DNA of 64,000 nt. Source: Neorhizobium sp. UBA7851. GTDB lineage: Bacteria > Pseudomonadota > Alphaproteobacteria > Rhizobiales > Rhizobiaceae. The translations under genes and the position numbers were made by a program. Under the pieces are notes generated by a model. That model saw nothing but the letters and a program-made list of their open reading frames with translations, was not told the origin of the DNA and did not search any database. Location: NCBI GenBank assembly GCA_002500765.1, contig DLSX01000130.1, forward strand, positions 16,859-80,858, in the 5' to 3' direction. Of this stretch, positions 52,695 to 63,682 are shown piece after piece. Within the stretch, counting starts at the first letter, position 1, and each line of letters begins with the position of its first letter.

Positions 52695-53651
52695 TCAGGC
52701 TGCCTTTTCACCGAAATTCGCACCACCCGCATCGGTCAGCAGGAAGGCTTCGCCGCAAGCCTTGGCGAGCGTGCGGACGCGCAGGATGTAGCTCTGGCGT
52801 TCGGTGACCGAGATCACGCCGCGGGCGTCGAGCAGGTTGAAGACGTGCGATGCCTTGATGCACTGGTCATAAGCCGGGAAGACGCATTTATGCAGCATCT
52901 GGTTGGCGTTGTCGCCCGGTGCGCCGGCAGCGAGAAGTGCAAGGCATTCCTTTTCAGCATCGATGAAATGGCGATGCAGCATCTCGGTATTGGCGAATTC
53001 GAAGTTATGGCGGGAATATTCCTGCTCGGCCTGCAGGAAGACATCGCCATAGGAAATCTTCTCTTCGCCTTCGCGACCGTTGAAGTTCAGGTCATAGACG
53101 TTGTCGACGCCCTGGACATACATGGCAAGGCGCTCGAGACCATAGGTCAGCTCGCCGGCAACCGGCGAGCATTCGATGCCGCAAACCTGCTGGAAGTACG
53201 TGAACTGCGAAACTTCCATGCCGTCGCACCAGCATTCCCAGCCGAGACCCCAAGCACCGAGCGTCGGGCTTTCCCAGTCGTCCTCGACGAAACGCACGTC
53301 ATGCAGAAGCGGATCGAGACCAATCGCCTTCAGCGAGCCGAGATAAAGCTCCTGAAGGTTGGAGGGGTTCGGCTTCAGAATGACCTGATACTGATAATAG
53401 TGCTGAAGACGGTTGGGATTTTCGCCGTAACGACCGTCGGATGGACGACGCGAAGGCTGAACATATGCGGCCTTCCACGGCTTGGGCCCAAGCGCACGCA
53501 ACGTGGTCGCCGGATGGAAGGTACCGGCGCCGACTTCCATATCGTAAGGCTGCAGCACGGCGCAGCCTTTGTCTGCCCAGTAGTTATGGAGCGTCAGGAT
53601 GAGCGCCTGGAAAGAGCGCTTGGGGTCCATGTGTTCTGGCAGATCGGTCAT
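52695..53651 (-). CDS. glyQ: Glycine-tRNA ligase alpha subunit
   Basis: GAGTFHPAT and [16 protein letters not shown]. Confidence 0.97.
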   Translation of the reverse strand: MTDLPEHMDPKRSFQALILTLHNYWADKGCAVLQPYDMEVGAGTFHPATTLRALGPKPWKAAYVQPSRRPSDGRYGENPNRLQHYYQYQVILKPNPSNLQELYLGSLKAIGLDPLLHDVRFVEDDWESPTLGAWGLGWECWCDGMEVSQFTYFQQVCGIECSPVAGELTYGLERLAMYVQGVDNVYDLNFNGREGEEKISYGDVFLQAEQEYSRHNFEFANTEMLHRHFIDAEKECLALLAAGAPGDNANQMLHKCVFPAYDQCIKASHVFNLLDARGVISVTERQSYILRVRTLAKACGEAFLLTDAGGANFGEKAA

Positions 53652-53734
53652 GAGAAAAATCGGCATCGTTTGATTGAGGATGCGGACGAGTGCCACGCGA
53701 GGCGGCGAGGGTCAAGCGTGAAGGCACGAGTGCC

Positions 53735-53926
53735 TTACTCTTCTTCCTTCTTTACCCGATACTCGCCCGTTACCGGATCCTTCTCCAGCGTACCGACGGC
53801 GCCGGTCTGGCGTTCTTTTTCCTGCTGCTTGCGGCGTGCGGTCAGTCTCTCAGCGTCCTTGATGAAACGCTTGTAGAGCATCCACCCGCCGACGATCAGC
53901 ACGGCCATGAATATAAGCTGGGCCAT
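53735..53926 (-). CDS. Small membrane-anchored conserved protein
   Basis: N-terminal TM segment and GTLEKDPVTGEY. GAGGGG RBS. Confidence 0.65.
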   Translation of the reverse strand: MAQLIFMAVLIVGGWMLYKRFIKDAERLTARRKQQEKERQTGAVGTLEKDPVTGEYRVKKEEE

Positions 53927-53983
53927 TTCCCCTCGAAGTCCTTGTAAAAAGCGCCTCGCCCTTGAGGCGAAGCGCATCAGGCA

Positions 53984-54865
53984 TCAGAGCCCGTATCGGC
54001 TCCACAATGCCCTTTCTTCGATACTGGCGGCAAGTCCCGCACCCGCCTGTGCAGCAATTTCGCCGAAGGCCGGCGTCGTGACCGCCACGCCGGGCAGGCG
54101 CTTGCCGAACAGCGTGCGGGCGCTGCCGATCAGCTCCATCCGGACATCCTTGCCGAAACGGCGCTTCAGCACCTCGCGCATATCGCCCAGACCGTCGATC
54201 AGGCCGAGTTCCAGGCCTCTGCCACCGGTCCAGAACAGGCCGGAGAAGATTTCCCCGTCATCGGCCAGACGTTCACCGCGACGCATCCTGACCATGTCGA
54301 TAAAGACCTTGTGGATCTCGACCTGCAGTGTCTTCAGGTATTCGATGTCGCTATCCTTTTCAGGCTTGAACGGATCAAGGATGACCTTGTTTTCGCCGGC
54401 GGTATAGACGCGGCGCTCAACGCCGATCTTCTTCAGCATTTCGGGAAAACCGAAGCCGCCGGAAACGACGCCGATCGAACCGACGATGGAGGTCGGGTCG
54501 GCAAAAATCTCGTCGCCCGCAAGCGCGATCATGTAGCCGCCGGAGGCTGCAACATCCTCGACGAAGATCAGCACCTTCTTCTGCTTTTCTTCCGCAAGCG
54601 CACGAATGCGCTGGAAGATCAGGCGAGACTGTACCGGCGAGCCACCCGGCGAATTGAGCGAGATGGCGACAACCGGCGCTTCCTTGTTGGCGAAAGCCTT
54701 TTCCAGCATCGGGGCGGCTGTCGCAAGGCTCAGCGTCGGCTTGAACTGACTGCCTCCCGTCATGATCGCCCCATGCAGCCGCACGACGGGGATCGCTATT
54801 CCCTTCTTGCGGAAACGTTTCGGCACAAAGCGAGCAAGCAGACCCATTTTCTCTCCCATCATCAT
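53984..54865 (-). CDS. S49 family (SppA-like) peptidase
   Basis: Motifs NSPGGS, AASGGY and GSIGV. Exact start uncertain. Confidence 0.9.
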   Translation of the reverse strand: MMMGEKMGLLARFVPKRFRKKGIAIPVVRLHGAIMTGGSQFKPTLSLATAAPMLEKAFANKEAPVVAISLNSPGGSPVQSRLIFQRIRALAEEKQKKVLIFVEDVAASGGYMIALAGDEIFADPTSIVGSIGVVSGGFGFPEMLKKIGVERRVYTAGENKVILDPFKPEKDSDIEYLKTLQVEIHKVFIDMVRMRRGERLADDGEIFSGLFWTGGRGLELGLIDGLGDMREVLKRRFGKDVRMELIGSARTLFGKRLPGVAVTTPAFGEIAAQAGAGLAASIEERALWSRYGL

Positions 54866-54915
54866 TGATCAGTCGGGAGTTGATGTATGTAACATCCCTG
54901 CAAACGCAATGGTTC

Positions 54916-55749
54916 TCACGCGTTTTTGGAGCGATCGACAGTTTTGCCGCGGCGATGATAGGCGCAACGCCCGTTGTTGAGATCATCAACCTGGGGTGAG
55001 AATGAGTGACCGTCGGCACCATGCACGACGAGAGGCGACCGGAAGAGGAGCCTGGCTTTCGATCCCTTCACCCCGGTCACGAGGATACGGATCGCATCCT
55101 CGTCCGGGCGCGGATGGACCGGAGTAATCTCGATGCCACCGAAACGCCTGCCGCAGGCGACCAGAATGTCGGCAATCGATTGAGGCCGGGCGATCAGCGA
55201 CAGTTGACCGCCTGGCTTCATGATCGCGCCTGCTGTTTTAAGCCACGCCTCGAAAAGGCCCTCCGTCAGCGCATGAGCCTCAGCCTTCAGGTTGTCGGGC
55301 GTCTTGCGATCCCCGGCATGATTGAAAGGCGGGTTCATGATGACGTGATCGTGAACCTCATCCTCAAGACCTGCCGCGACCCGCGCCTTGCCCATCAATG
55401 TCACGTCGGCTTCGACCACTTTTACGCGGTCCGCCAGAAAGGCATTCTCGGGCAATCCTATGCTTCTTCTGGCGTAATCCGCCATGACCGGAAATTTCTC
55501 GATCAGCAGAATGCGGGCTTGTGCAAGCCGCGAGGCGACAGCAAGACCCGCGGCCCCTGCCCCAGACCCGAGATCGGCAACGCTGATGGCGCGTTCGCTC
55601 GTCACGAGAGAGGCAAGCAGCATGGCGTCTATACCCGAGCGATGTCCTTCATTTCTGGGCTGTACAACGTGAAAGCGTCCCCGATGGAAGGCATCGACGG
55701 TGAAGGCAGCGTCTCCCAGATCGAGCTTGGTCAGATCGGGCGCATTCAT
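54916..55749 (-). CDS. tRNA1(Val) m6A37 methyltransferase-like protein
   Basis: Motifs GHRSGIDAMLL, DLGSGAG and MNPPF. Confidence 0.8.
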   Translation of the reverse strand: MNAPDLTKLDLGDAAFTVDAFHRGRFHVVQPRNEGHRSGIDAMLLASLVTSERAISVADLGSGAGAAGLAVASRLAQARILLIEKFPVMADYARRSIGLPENAFLADRVKVVEADVTLMGKARVAAGLEDEVHDHVIMNPPFNHAGDRKTPDNLKAEAHALTEGLFEAWLKTAGAIMKPGGQLSLIARPQSIADILVACGRRFGGIEITPVHPRPDEDAIRILVTGVKGSKARLLFRSPLVVHGADGHSFSPQVDDLNNGRCAYHRRGKTVDRSKNA

Positions 55750-55967
55750 GGCCGAAGTTCGGCCTCCAGCCCCGCATCGCGCAGGATGGTGCGCGCCTCT
55801 TCTGATCGCCCCTCCTCCACCAGAAGACGCCGTTGCAGAAGGCCAAGCGAACCTTCCAGCACGCTCATCGACTGGTCGGCGACGAGGCAATGGATGCCGG
55901 CATCCTTCATCAGGCTTTCCGCAAGTGACAGCGTTACGACATCATTGGTGCGGATAAGCTCGATCAT
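55746..55967 (-). CDS. DUF2007 protein
   Basis: MIELIRTND and DQSMSVLEGS. Confidence 0.8.
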   Translation of the reverse strand: MIELIRTNDVVTLSLAESLMKDAGIHCLVADQSMSVLEGSLGLLQRRLLVEEGRSEEARTILRDAGLEAELRP

Positions 55968-56065
55968 CTGACGCCCTTTCGTGAAAATCGCTTTATGTTT
56001 TGCCCTTGCCGCCCTAAGGACCAGTTTCTATTGTGGTTGGGTAAGTTTTCTAGGGAGGCCTGAAC

Positions 56066-57082
56066 TTGGGCGTCGTCATACCGCTTGAAGAAGGCAAAAA
56101 CAAATCTGCATCCGTGAAGCCGCTGGTCGACCTGACCAAGGTGGACATGGAGCGCGTCAATCAGCTGATCCTTTCCAAGGCCGGATCGGATGTGCAGATG
56201 ATCCCGGAAGTGGCCAACCACCTGATTTCTTCAGGCGGCAAACGGCTACGTCCCATGCTCACCCTCGCATCGGCCGCAATGTTCGGCTACCAGGGCGAAG
56301 GCCATGTGAAGCTCGCGACCTCGGTCGAATTCATGCATACGGCAACGCTTCTGCATGACGACGTGGTCGATGAAAGCGACCTTCGCCGCGGCAAGTCCAC
56401 CGCCCGAATGATCTGGGGCAACCAGGCAAGCGTTCTCGTCGGTGACTTTCTGCTCGGCCAGGCATTCAAGATGATGGTCGATGTCGGATCACTCGAAGCG
56501 CTCGACGTGCTTGCGACCGCAGCAGCCGTGATTGCCGAAGGCGAGGTGCTGCAGCTTTCCGTCGCCAAGAACCTGGAAACGACAGAAGACGACTATCTTT
56601 CCGTCATCCGCGCCAAGACCGCGGCGCTGTTTGCCGCTGCCGCCGAAGTCGGCCCGATCATCGCCAATGCCGACAAGGCGAGCCGTTCGGCGCTGCGCTC
56701 CTACGGCATGAACCTAGGTTATGCCTTCCAGATGGTCGATGACGCGCTGGATTACGGCGGTAATGCCGCTGATCTGGGCAAAAACGTCGGCGACGATTTT
56801 CGCGAGGGCAAAATCACTCTTCCTGTCATCCTGGCCTTCCGCCGCGGCACGCAGGAAGAGCAGGCCTTCTGGCGCAACGCCATCGAGAACGGCGAAAGCA
56901 GCGACGAAAATCTCGAAAAGGCACTCGGCCTGATCACCAGACACGATGCGCTGAAGGACACGATCGCCCGCGCCTTGCATTACGGCAAGATCGCCCGCGA
57001 TGCGCTGGGGCCCTTGCCGGCCGGGCCGTTGAAGGACGCGATGATGGAAGTCATCGATTTCACCATTCAGCGGGTGAACTAA
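56066..57082 (+). CDS. ispB: Polyprenyl diphosphate synthase
   Basis: Motifs GGKRLRP, LLHDDVVD...RRG, FQMVDD and GKNVGDD. Confidence 0.92.
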   Translation: MGVVIPLEEGKNKSASVKPLVDLTKVDMERVNQLILSKAGSDVQMIPEVANHLISSGGKRLRPMLTLASAAMFGYQGEGHVKLATSVEFMHTATLLHDDVVDESDLRRGKSTARMIWGNQASVLVGDFLLGQAFKMMVDVGSLEALDVLATAAAVIAEGEVLQLSVAKNLETTEDDYLSVIRAKTAALFAAAAEVGPIIANADKASRSALRSYGMNLGYAFQMVDDALDYGGNAADLGKNVGDDFREGKITLPVILAFRRGTQEEQAFWRNAIENGESSDENLEKALGLITRHDALKDTIARALHYGKIARDALGPLPAGPLKDAMMEVIDFTIQRVN

Positions 57083-57107
57083 GCTTAGCCACTACGGAGG
57101 CCGGATT

Positions 57108-57590
57108 ATGGTTTTTTCGGAAGCGCTTCTGGAAGAAACCCTGCACCGGCTTAACGACCTCATGTCGGATTGCGTCGATCCCTGGTGCATTTTCGGCGGC
57201 GCGGCGCTTTATCTGCACGGCTACCGGGATATGCAGTTCTCGGACATCGATGTTCTGACCTCGATCGCGGATTGCGAACGGCTTTGCGCCATAAGAGATC
57301 TGCGTAACGAAGCCGATGGGGGAACCGATCTTTTTCGCTCGGACTTCCTGCTGCATCCGCATCTCGGCCCGCTCGATGTCGAAATCATGAGCAACTTCGA
57401 GATCTTTACAGGCATGCAATGGCACCGGATAGACATCGGGAACCCGATCGAAATACGGTTCCGCTCCGCGATCGTGCCGGTTGCCGACCTTGAAAGGGTC
57501 GGATCCATTTTGCGGCTTTCCGGCCGGGACAAGGATCTGGCGCGCCTGAAACTCATAGACACACTTGTCCAGCCGCTTGCGACACCCTGA
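57108..57590 (+). CDS. Orphan nucleotidyltransferase-fold protein
   Basis: hhGG.Ah..hG followed by SDID, plus a C-terminal RDKD. GGAGG RBS. Confidence 0.6.
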   Translation: MVFSEALLEETLHRLNDLMSDCVDPWCIFGGAALYLHGYRDMQFSDIDVLTSIADCERLCAIRDLRNEADGGTDLFRSDFLLHPHLGPLDVEIMSNFEIFTGMQWHRIDIGNPIEIRFRSAIVPVADLERVGSILRLSGRDKDLARLKLIDTLVQPLATP

Positions 57591-57765
57591 CACTGAACGC
57601 GCTTCATGACGATTTGAGCGACCGTTCACAGTTGGGACAGGCGAACGTGGATAACCGAGATTTCCTTGCGGACCTGCTTCAAAAAAGCCATTCTGTTATG
57701 AATCATTCGGCGCACTCCTGCGGCGACGCGTCGCCGACACGCCAGCTTTCATGAAAGGCCCGTCA

Positions 57766-59601
57766 ATGCGGCAGACATCCCGTCATCTCCTGCTTTCCAG
57801 CGTCGCGCTCGCGGCGTGCCTGGTTTTTGGTTCCGTGGCGGGTGCCGCCACACCGGAAGCCAAGCCAGCCGAAGAGAAGGCCGTGACGTTCGAAGCTCGC
57901 GACGTGAAGTCGTTTGCCGGCGCGTTCCTCGCAGCCCGCACAGCCGATGTAGATCACGACTATACGACAGCGATCGCGCTCTATCGCAAGGCACTCGATT
58001 TCGAACCTGCCAATCTCGAAATCCGCGAACGGCTGATGATCTCGCTTCTTCTGAACGGTGATTTTGCCGATGGTTTGAAGGAAGCCGAAGCGCTGAAAGG
58101 CGACGCTGCCGTTGAGCGCGTGACAAAGATCGTGCGCGGACTGGAAGCGTTGCGCACCGGCAAATACGACAGCGCCAAGAAAATTCTCGCCTATGAAGGA
58201 CCGAACGACCTCGACCGACTGACGCATCTTCTTCTGGCCGGCTGGGCGGATGTTGGTGCAGGCAAGGGCAAGAGAGCAATCACATCAATCAGCGGCCTCA
58301 AGGGACCGGCCTGGTTTAAGGTCTTCACCGACTATCACCTCGGCGCAATGGCGATCGTCACCGGCGACATTCAGACCGCCCGCCAGTACCTCAATAAGGC
58401 GGTAACCAATAACGACGCGGTCGCGACCGCGCCGGATACGTTCATGCGTGCCGTCATGGCGCTTGCACGGCTCGAAGCATCGGCCGGCAACAAGCAGAAG
58501 GCGCTCGATGCGATTTCTGTCGGCGACGGCATGATCTCCAATTACGCACCGCTCAAGGCGCTTCGCCAGAGCATCGAAAAGGATGAGAAGCCTGTCCAGC
58601 AGATCACCACCGCTGCTGAAGGTGCCGCGGGCGTGCTCTTTTCCATCGGCGGCGCACTGAACCGCCAGGGTGCCGAAGACATGGTGGCGCTCTATCTTCA
58701 GATCTCGCACGCGCTCGACGACAAGAGCGCCGACACGCTGATCATGCTCGGTGGCATTGCCGAAAAGCTGGAGCAGCCGCAACGGGCCATCGCCTTTTAT
58801 GAGCAGGTTCCGGAAGATTCGCCGATGCGGCGGATTTCTGAGCTGCAACTCGGCATCACGCTTTCCGATACCGGCAAGCTGGAAGAGGCCAAGCAGCACC
58901 TCAAGGAACTGATCGCTTCCGATCCGGCCGACATCCGCAGCTATATTGCTTATGGCAGTGTCCTTTCTGAAGCCAAGGACTACAAGGTCATGGCTGAGAA
59001 TTACGACAAGGCCGTCGAAGTGATCGGCCCCGTACCGCGGCAGGGTGACTGGTCGGTGTTTTTCCAGCGCGGCATCGCCTATGAGCGCCTGAAGGACTGG
59101 CCGAAGGCCGAACCGAATTTCCGCAAGGCACTGGAGCTGAACCCCAACCAGGCGCAGGTTCTGAACTATCTCGGTTATTCTCTGGTCGACATGAATCTCA
59201 ACCTGGACGAAGGCCTGAAGATGATTCAGGCGGCCGTCGATGCCCGCCCCGATGATGGCTACATCGTCGATTCGCTCGGCTGGGCCTATTACCGCCTGGG
59301 TCGTTTCGACGATGCCGTGACGGAACTCGAAAAGGCGATCCAGCTGCGCGCTGGCGATGCCACGATCAACGACCATCTTGGAGACGCCTATTGGCGCGTT
59401 GGGCGCAAGCTTGAAGCCGTCTACCAGTGGAACCGGACGCTTGTTTCGGAAGGCGAAGACGTCAATCGCGAGCAGGTAAAGGAGAAGATCGAGAACGGCC
59501 TGCCGGCGCTCGATCCGAATGCCACCAACACGGTGCGCAACCAGACGGAAACACCGGCTCAACCCGCCCCAGCGCCGGCAACGCCTGACAAGAAGTCCTG
59601 A
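57766..59601 (+). CDS. Exported TPR protein
   Basis: Signal peptide, LNYLGYS, DSLGW and DHLGDAYW. Confidence 0.88.
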   Translation: MRQTSRHLLLSSVALAACLVFGSVAGAATPEAKPAEEKAVTFEARDVKSFAGAFLAARTADVDHDYTTAIALYRKALDFEPANLEIRERLMISLLLNGDFADGLKEAEALKGDAAVERVTKIVRGLEALRTGKYDSAKKILAYEGPNDLDRLTHLLLAGWADVGAGKGKRAITSISGLKGPAWFKVFTDYHLGAMAIVTGDIQTARQYLNKAVTNNDAVATAPDTFMRAVMALARLEASAGNKQKALDAISVGDGMISNYAPLKALRQSIEKDEKPVQQITTAAEGAAGVLFSIGGALNRQGAEDMVALYLQISHALDDKSADTLIMLGGIAEKLEQPQRAIAFYEQVPEDSPMRRISELQLGITLSDTGKLEEAKQHLKELIASDPADIRSYIAYGSVLSEAKDYKVMAENYDKAVEVIGPVPRQGDWSVFFQRGIAYERLKDWPKAEPNFRKALELNPNQAQVLNYLGYSLVDMNLNLDEGLKMIQAAVDARPDDGYIVDSLGWAYYRLGRFDDAVTELEKAIQLRAGDATINDHLGDAYWRVGRKLEAVYQWNRTLVSEGEDVNREQVKEKIENGLPALDPNATNTVRNQTETPAQPAPAPATPDKKS

Positions 59602-60566
59602 TGCTCGACACCCAGTTCGTTATGCAAAGGCCCGCCGCAGACGCGGGCCTTTGCGAATTCGCACTTACCGAATTCGCCCCGGCGAAGATCAATCTGGCGC
59701 TGCATGCCGTCGGCCAGCGCGCTGATGGATATCACCTGCTCGACAGTATCGTCACTTTCACCGCCGATCCGGCTTCGGGCGACGGCCACGCGACTTGCCC
59801 TGCCGGAGACAGGCTAGGTTTTGCGCACGCCGAACAGGATGTCTTCTCGATTTCCGGCCGGTTTGGCGGCGGCCTGTCGAACAATGACGAGACGGCTCAA
59901 CAGAACCTCGTTCTGAAGGCGCGTGATCTTCTGCGCACTGCGCTTGAAGCACGCGGCGTGGCGGCTCCGCCGGTTGCCATCCATCTCCAGAAAAACCTGC
60001 CGATCGCCTCGGGCATCGGCGGCGGCTCGGCCGATGCGGCGGCGACCTTGCGCGGTCTTGCGCGACTGTGGGAAGCTCCGCTCGACAAGACGGGAATTTC
60101 CGCTCTTGCCCTTTCACTCGGCGCCGACGTGCCGATGTGCCTGAAAAGCCGGCCGCTTGCGGCAAGAGGTATCGGTGAGGACATTACCTTGCTCGATACC
60201 ATGCCTTCCTTTGCGATCGTGCTCGGCAATCCGCTTCACGGCGTTTCGACCCCGGATATCTTTCGACGACTGACACAGAAGAACAATCTGCCCATTCCGC
60301 CACTTACCGGAGACTGGCGTGCCGATCTGGCCGCCTTGCGCAACGATCTTGAGCCGCCGGCACGATCGATCGTCACTCAGATCGCCGAGCTTTCCGACCT
60401 GATAGCCGCCGAGGGTGCCTGGCTGACCCGCATGTCCGGCTCCGGTGCGACATGCTTCGGCCTGTTCGGAACACTCGACGAAGCGCGACGGGCCGCAACC
60501 AGCCTTCAGCGCAAACAGCCGGATTGGTATTTCGTCGCCGGACAGACGATCGGAGAAGATATATGA
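59601..60566 (+). CDS. ispE: CDP-ME kinase
   Basis: Motifs APAKINL, GYHLL, GIGGGSAD and MSGSG. Start uncertain. Confidence 0.93.
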   Translation: MLDTQFVMQRPAADAGLCEFALTEFAPAKINLALHAVGQRADGYHLLDSIVTFTADPASGDGHATCPAGDRLGFAHAEQDVFSISGRFGGGLSNNDETAQQNLVLKARDLLRTALEARGVAAPPVAIHLQKNLPIASGIGGGSADAAATLRGLARLWEAPLDKTGISALALSLGADVPMCLKSRPLAARGIGEDITLLDTMPSFAIVLGNPLHGVSTPDIFRRLTQKNNLPIPPLTGDWRADLAALRNDLEPPARSIVTQIAELSDLIAAEGAWLTRMSGSGATCFGLFGTLDEARRAATSLQRKQPDWYFVAGQTIGEDI

Positions 60567-61111
60567 TCGGGATCGACGAGACACGCGTTTTCATCCCGCT
60601 CGGCATTGCCGTCCTGACCGTCTCCGATACTCGGACGCTCGAGAATGACAAGTCCGGCCAGACGCTTGTCGACCGTATCGAGGCAGCGGGCCATATGCTG
60701 AAAGCACGCGCCATCGTCACCGACGACCGCGAAAAGATCGCCGGGCATGTGACGGCTTTTACGCTCAACCCCGAAATAGATGTCGTCATTACCACCGGCG
60801 GCACAGGATTTACCGGCCGCGATGTGACGCCGGAGGCGTTGGAGCCACTGTTTGAAAAGCGGATGGACGGGTTTTCGGAAGTCTTTCACCGGATTTCATA
60901 TGACAAGATCGGCACATCGACGATCCAGTCCCGCGCCACAGGCGGAGTGCTCAATGCCACCTATATCTTTGTCATTCCCGGCTCACCAGGCGCCTGCAAG
61001 GATGCCTGGGACGGGATATTGAAGGCGCAGCTCGACTACCGCCATATGCCGTGCAATTTCGTCGAAATTCTGCCGCGGCTGGACGAGCATTTGAAGCGAA
61101 GCAAAAGCTGA
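60563..61111 (+). CDS. moaB: Molybdenum cofactor biosynthesis protein B
   Basis: LTVSD, TTGGTGFTGRDVTPEA and PCNF. Confidence 0.93.
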   Translation: MIGIDETRVFIPLGIAVLTVSDTRTLENDKSGQTLVDRIEAAGHMLKARAIVTDDREKIAGHVTAFTLNPEIDVVITTGGTGFTGRDVTPEALEPLFEKRMDGFSEVFHRISYDKIGTSTIQSRATGGVLNATYIFVIPGSPGACKDAWDGILKAQLDYRHMPCNFVEILPRLDEHLKRSKS

Positions 61112-61209
61112 AGCGTCCCGCATCCTTCGGATTAGCCGCCAATATGGACCCGGTATGTGGCTGGCAATGCCGGCATCAGGACCTCGGGCTGAACTGCCGC
61201 AAAAACGAA

Positions 61210-61239
61210 AATGGCCCATGCCTTTCGACATAGGCCATT
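61210..61239. terminator. Hairpin after the solute-binding protein gene
   Basis: aatggcc.atg...cat.ggccatt, A-rich on its left side. Confidence 0.5.
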
Positions 61240-61246
61240 GCAGTGA

Positions 61247-62506
61247 TCAAAGGCGGCGGAGCGCTCTCGTCAGTCCATCGACGATTTCCTGACCGGCTTC
61301 GTCGGCTGTCAGCTGGCCGTAGGCAAACTGTTCGATGACGTCCTTGAACAGTTCCTGCACCGTTGGATGCTCGATCAGAGGCGACATGACCGGGCCGGTG
61401 GATTCTGCAACGATCTTTGCACCATTAATGCGTTCAGGGGTCAGCTTGCCAGCCTCTTCCAACGTTTTCTGGCCTATTGCGGAAGCAGGGATACCGCGGC
61501 TATCGCCGAGGATGAGAATGGCATCCTTGTCGTTCAGCAGGCAATTGACGACCTGAGCTGCGGCTTTCGGATCTTTCGAATGCCTGGAGATCGAGAAGAC
61601 CATGGATGGTTTCTTGTAGACGCCATCGGACTTGGCTCCGTCGATCTTCAGCGGCGCCGCCGGCACCAGCTTCCCAACCGTCAGCGGATCGTCATATTTC
61701 GAATAGGTCGAATCCCAGAAATAGGTGCCGCCGATCCTGCCGGTTACCCAGGCCGGATCGTCAAAGATCTCGATATTGCCGACACCAGCGGCATCCTTGG
61801 CGGACCGAACGATACCGTTGTCGACCATCCACTGATAGTGCTTCAATGCACCGGCGATATCTTCCGCCGTCCAGGCCAGTTCATTGGTGCCGGGCTTGAC
61901 GAATTCCTGGCCGGAGATCTGCGCCGCGAAGGCCTCGACCATCAGCATCAGGATCACGCGGGTGCTATCGAAGGGATAAACGCCATCCGGGTTCATTTTC
62001 TTGGCGGCAGCGGCAAGATCATCCCAGCTTTTTGGCGTCTCAAGGCCGGCCTTCTTGTAGATTTCATCATTGAAATAATAGGTGGCGCCGGTGACGGAGA
62101 CGGGCACGCCGTTCAGCTTGCCGTCGATCATAGCAGGCGCCAACTGGCTGTCGTTCCATTGGGTAAGGTCAAGATCGCCGGCCAACTGCTTGAGATCGGC
62201 GAACCCGGTACCATTCTTGGAGAACTGGAAGAGCCACGGCCAGTCGACCTGAACGATGTCGGCTTCAGTGCTGCCGGCCATCTGTGTCGTCAGTTTTTCG
62301 AGGTAACCCTCGAAGCCGGCGAACTCGGCCTTCACTTTGTGGCCGGTTTTGGTGGTGCAATATTCCAAAGCCTTCTGGGTCACGGTATGGCGGCCATCGC
62401 CACCCCACCACGACATGCGAAGGTCCGCCGCCGAAGCGAAGCTCGTCGAGACCACGGATGCGGCCAATGTCAGAGATAATGCTGCCAATATCGATTTTTT
62501 GTTCAT
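61247..62506 (-). CDS. Sugar ABC solute-binding protein, TogB-like (oligogalacturonide)
   Basis: LRMSWWGG..RH, W.WL..FSK.GTGF and KPSM.FSISR. Confidence 0.75.
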   Translation of the reverse strand: MNKKSILAALSLTLAASVVSTSFASAADLRMSWWGGDGRHTVTQKALEYCTTKTGHKVKAEFAGFEGYLEKLTTQMAGSTEADIVQVDWPWLFQFSKNGTGFADLKQLAGDLDLTQWNDSQLAPAMIDGKLNGVPVSVTGATYYFNDEIYKKAGLETPKSWDDLAAAAKKMNPDGVYPFDSTRVILMLMVEAFAAQISGQEFVKPGTNELAWTAEDIAGALKHYQWMVDNGIVRSAKDAAGVGNIEIFDDPAWVTGRIGGTYFWDSTYSKYDDPLTVGKLVPAAPLKIDGAKSDGVYKKPSMVFSISRHSKDPKAAAQVVNCLLNDKDAILILGDSRGIPASAIGQKTLEEAGKLTPERINGAKIVAESTGPVMSPLIEHPTVQELFKDVIEQFAYGQLTADEAGQEIVDGLTRALRRL

Positions 62507-62562
62507 GATGCTCTACTCCTCCTGAAAGTTTGCATCGGTGACATATTCGCCGGCTGCGCCCT

Positions 62563-63678
62563 TTAGGCTAGGCTGACGTTCAGACCGCTTTTGCGGTCGA
62601 AGATGAAGACCCGTTCCTCTTCCGGGCGAATGCGGATGGCCCCGTCGGATTTGGCCTTGCGGAAATCCTCGACGGGCAGAACCACCGTGAAACGCTGGCC
62701 GCCGATCAGGATATGCACATCGACTTCATGGCCAAGGAAATCGGCCTTGATAACCTTTGCCGTCAGCGCATCTTCGCCGGGTGCGGCCAGCCGGAAATGC
62801 TGCGGACGCACGCCGAAGGTGACATCGCCATCGGTACCAGCTTCCAGACGTCCAGCGAGGTTCTCACCGAAACGGATGGACTGGTCACCGAAGGTAACGA
62901 CCGGTCCGCTCTCACCACGGCTGAGTGTGGCATCGACCAGGTTCATTTCCGGCATGCCGATGAAGCCTGCGACGAAGGCATTGGCGGGCTTGGCATATAG
63001 CGTTTCGGGATCCGCCACCTGCATGATGCGGCCATCCTTCATGACGCAGATACGGTCGCCCATGGTCATTGCCTCGACCTGGTCGTGGGTCACGTAAACG
63101 ACCGTTGAGGACTGGCCCTGCTCCTTGAGGCGGCGATGCAGGTCGGTGATGCGCACACGCATTGATGCACGCAACTTGGCGTCGAGGTTGGAAAGCGGCT
63201 CGTCGAAAAGGAACACTTCCGGCTTCTTGATCAGCGCGCGACCGAGAGCGACACGTTGGGCCTGGCCGCCGGAGAGCTGCTTCGGCAAGCGGTCGAGCAG
63301 CGGTTCGATCTCCAGGACTTCCGCAACTTCCTGCACACGGCGGGCAATCTCTTCCTTTTTCTCACCGGCCAGCTTCAGGCCGAAAGAAAGGTTCTTGCGG
63401 ACCTTCATATGCGGATAGAGAGCGTAGTTCTGGAACACCATGGCGATGCCACGATCGCCCGGCGGCAGGTTGTTGACCACCTTGTCGCCGATGGTGATGT
63501 GACCGCCGGACACCGTTTCCAGACCGGCAATCATGCGCAGCGTCGTCGACTTGGCGCAGCCGGACGGGCCGACCAGCACCATGAATTCCCCGTCCTTGAC
63601 TTCGAGATTGATGCCGTGAAGCGCCTTAAGGGTGCCGCTATAGACCTTTTCCAGGTTACGGATAGTCAATTGTGCCAT
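62563..63678 (-). CDS. Sugar ABC ATPase, TogA-like
   Basis: [16 protein letters not shown] and the [16 protein letters not shown] insertion. Confidence 0.85.
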   Translation of the reverse strand: MAQLTIRNLEKVYSGTLKALHGINLEVKDGEFMVLVGPSGCAKSTTLRMIAGLETVSGGHITIGDKVVNNLPPGDRGIAMVFQNYALYPHMKVRKNLSFGLKLAGEKKEEIARRVQEVAEVLEIEPLLDRLPKQLSGGQAQRVALGRALIKKPEVFLFDEPLSNLDAKLRASMRVRITDLHRRLKEQGQSSTVVYVTHDQVEAMTMGDRICVMKDGRIMQVADPETLYAKPANAFVAGFIGMPEMNLVDATLSRGESGPVVTFGDQSIRFGENLAGRLEAGTDGDVTFGVRPQHFRLAAPGEDALTAKVIKADFLGHEVDVHILIGGQRFTVVLPVEDFRKAKSDGAIRIRPEEERVFIFDRKSGLNVSLA

Positions 63679-63682
63679 TGGA

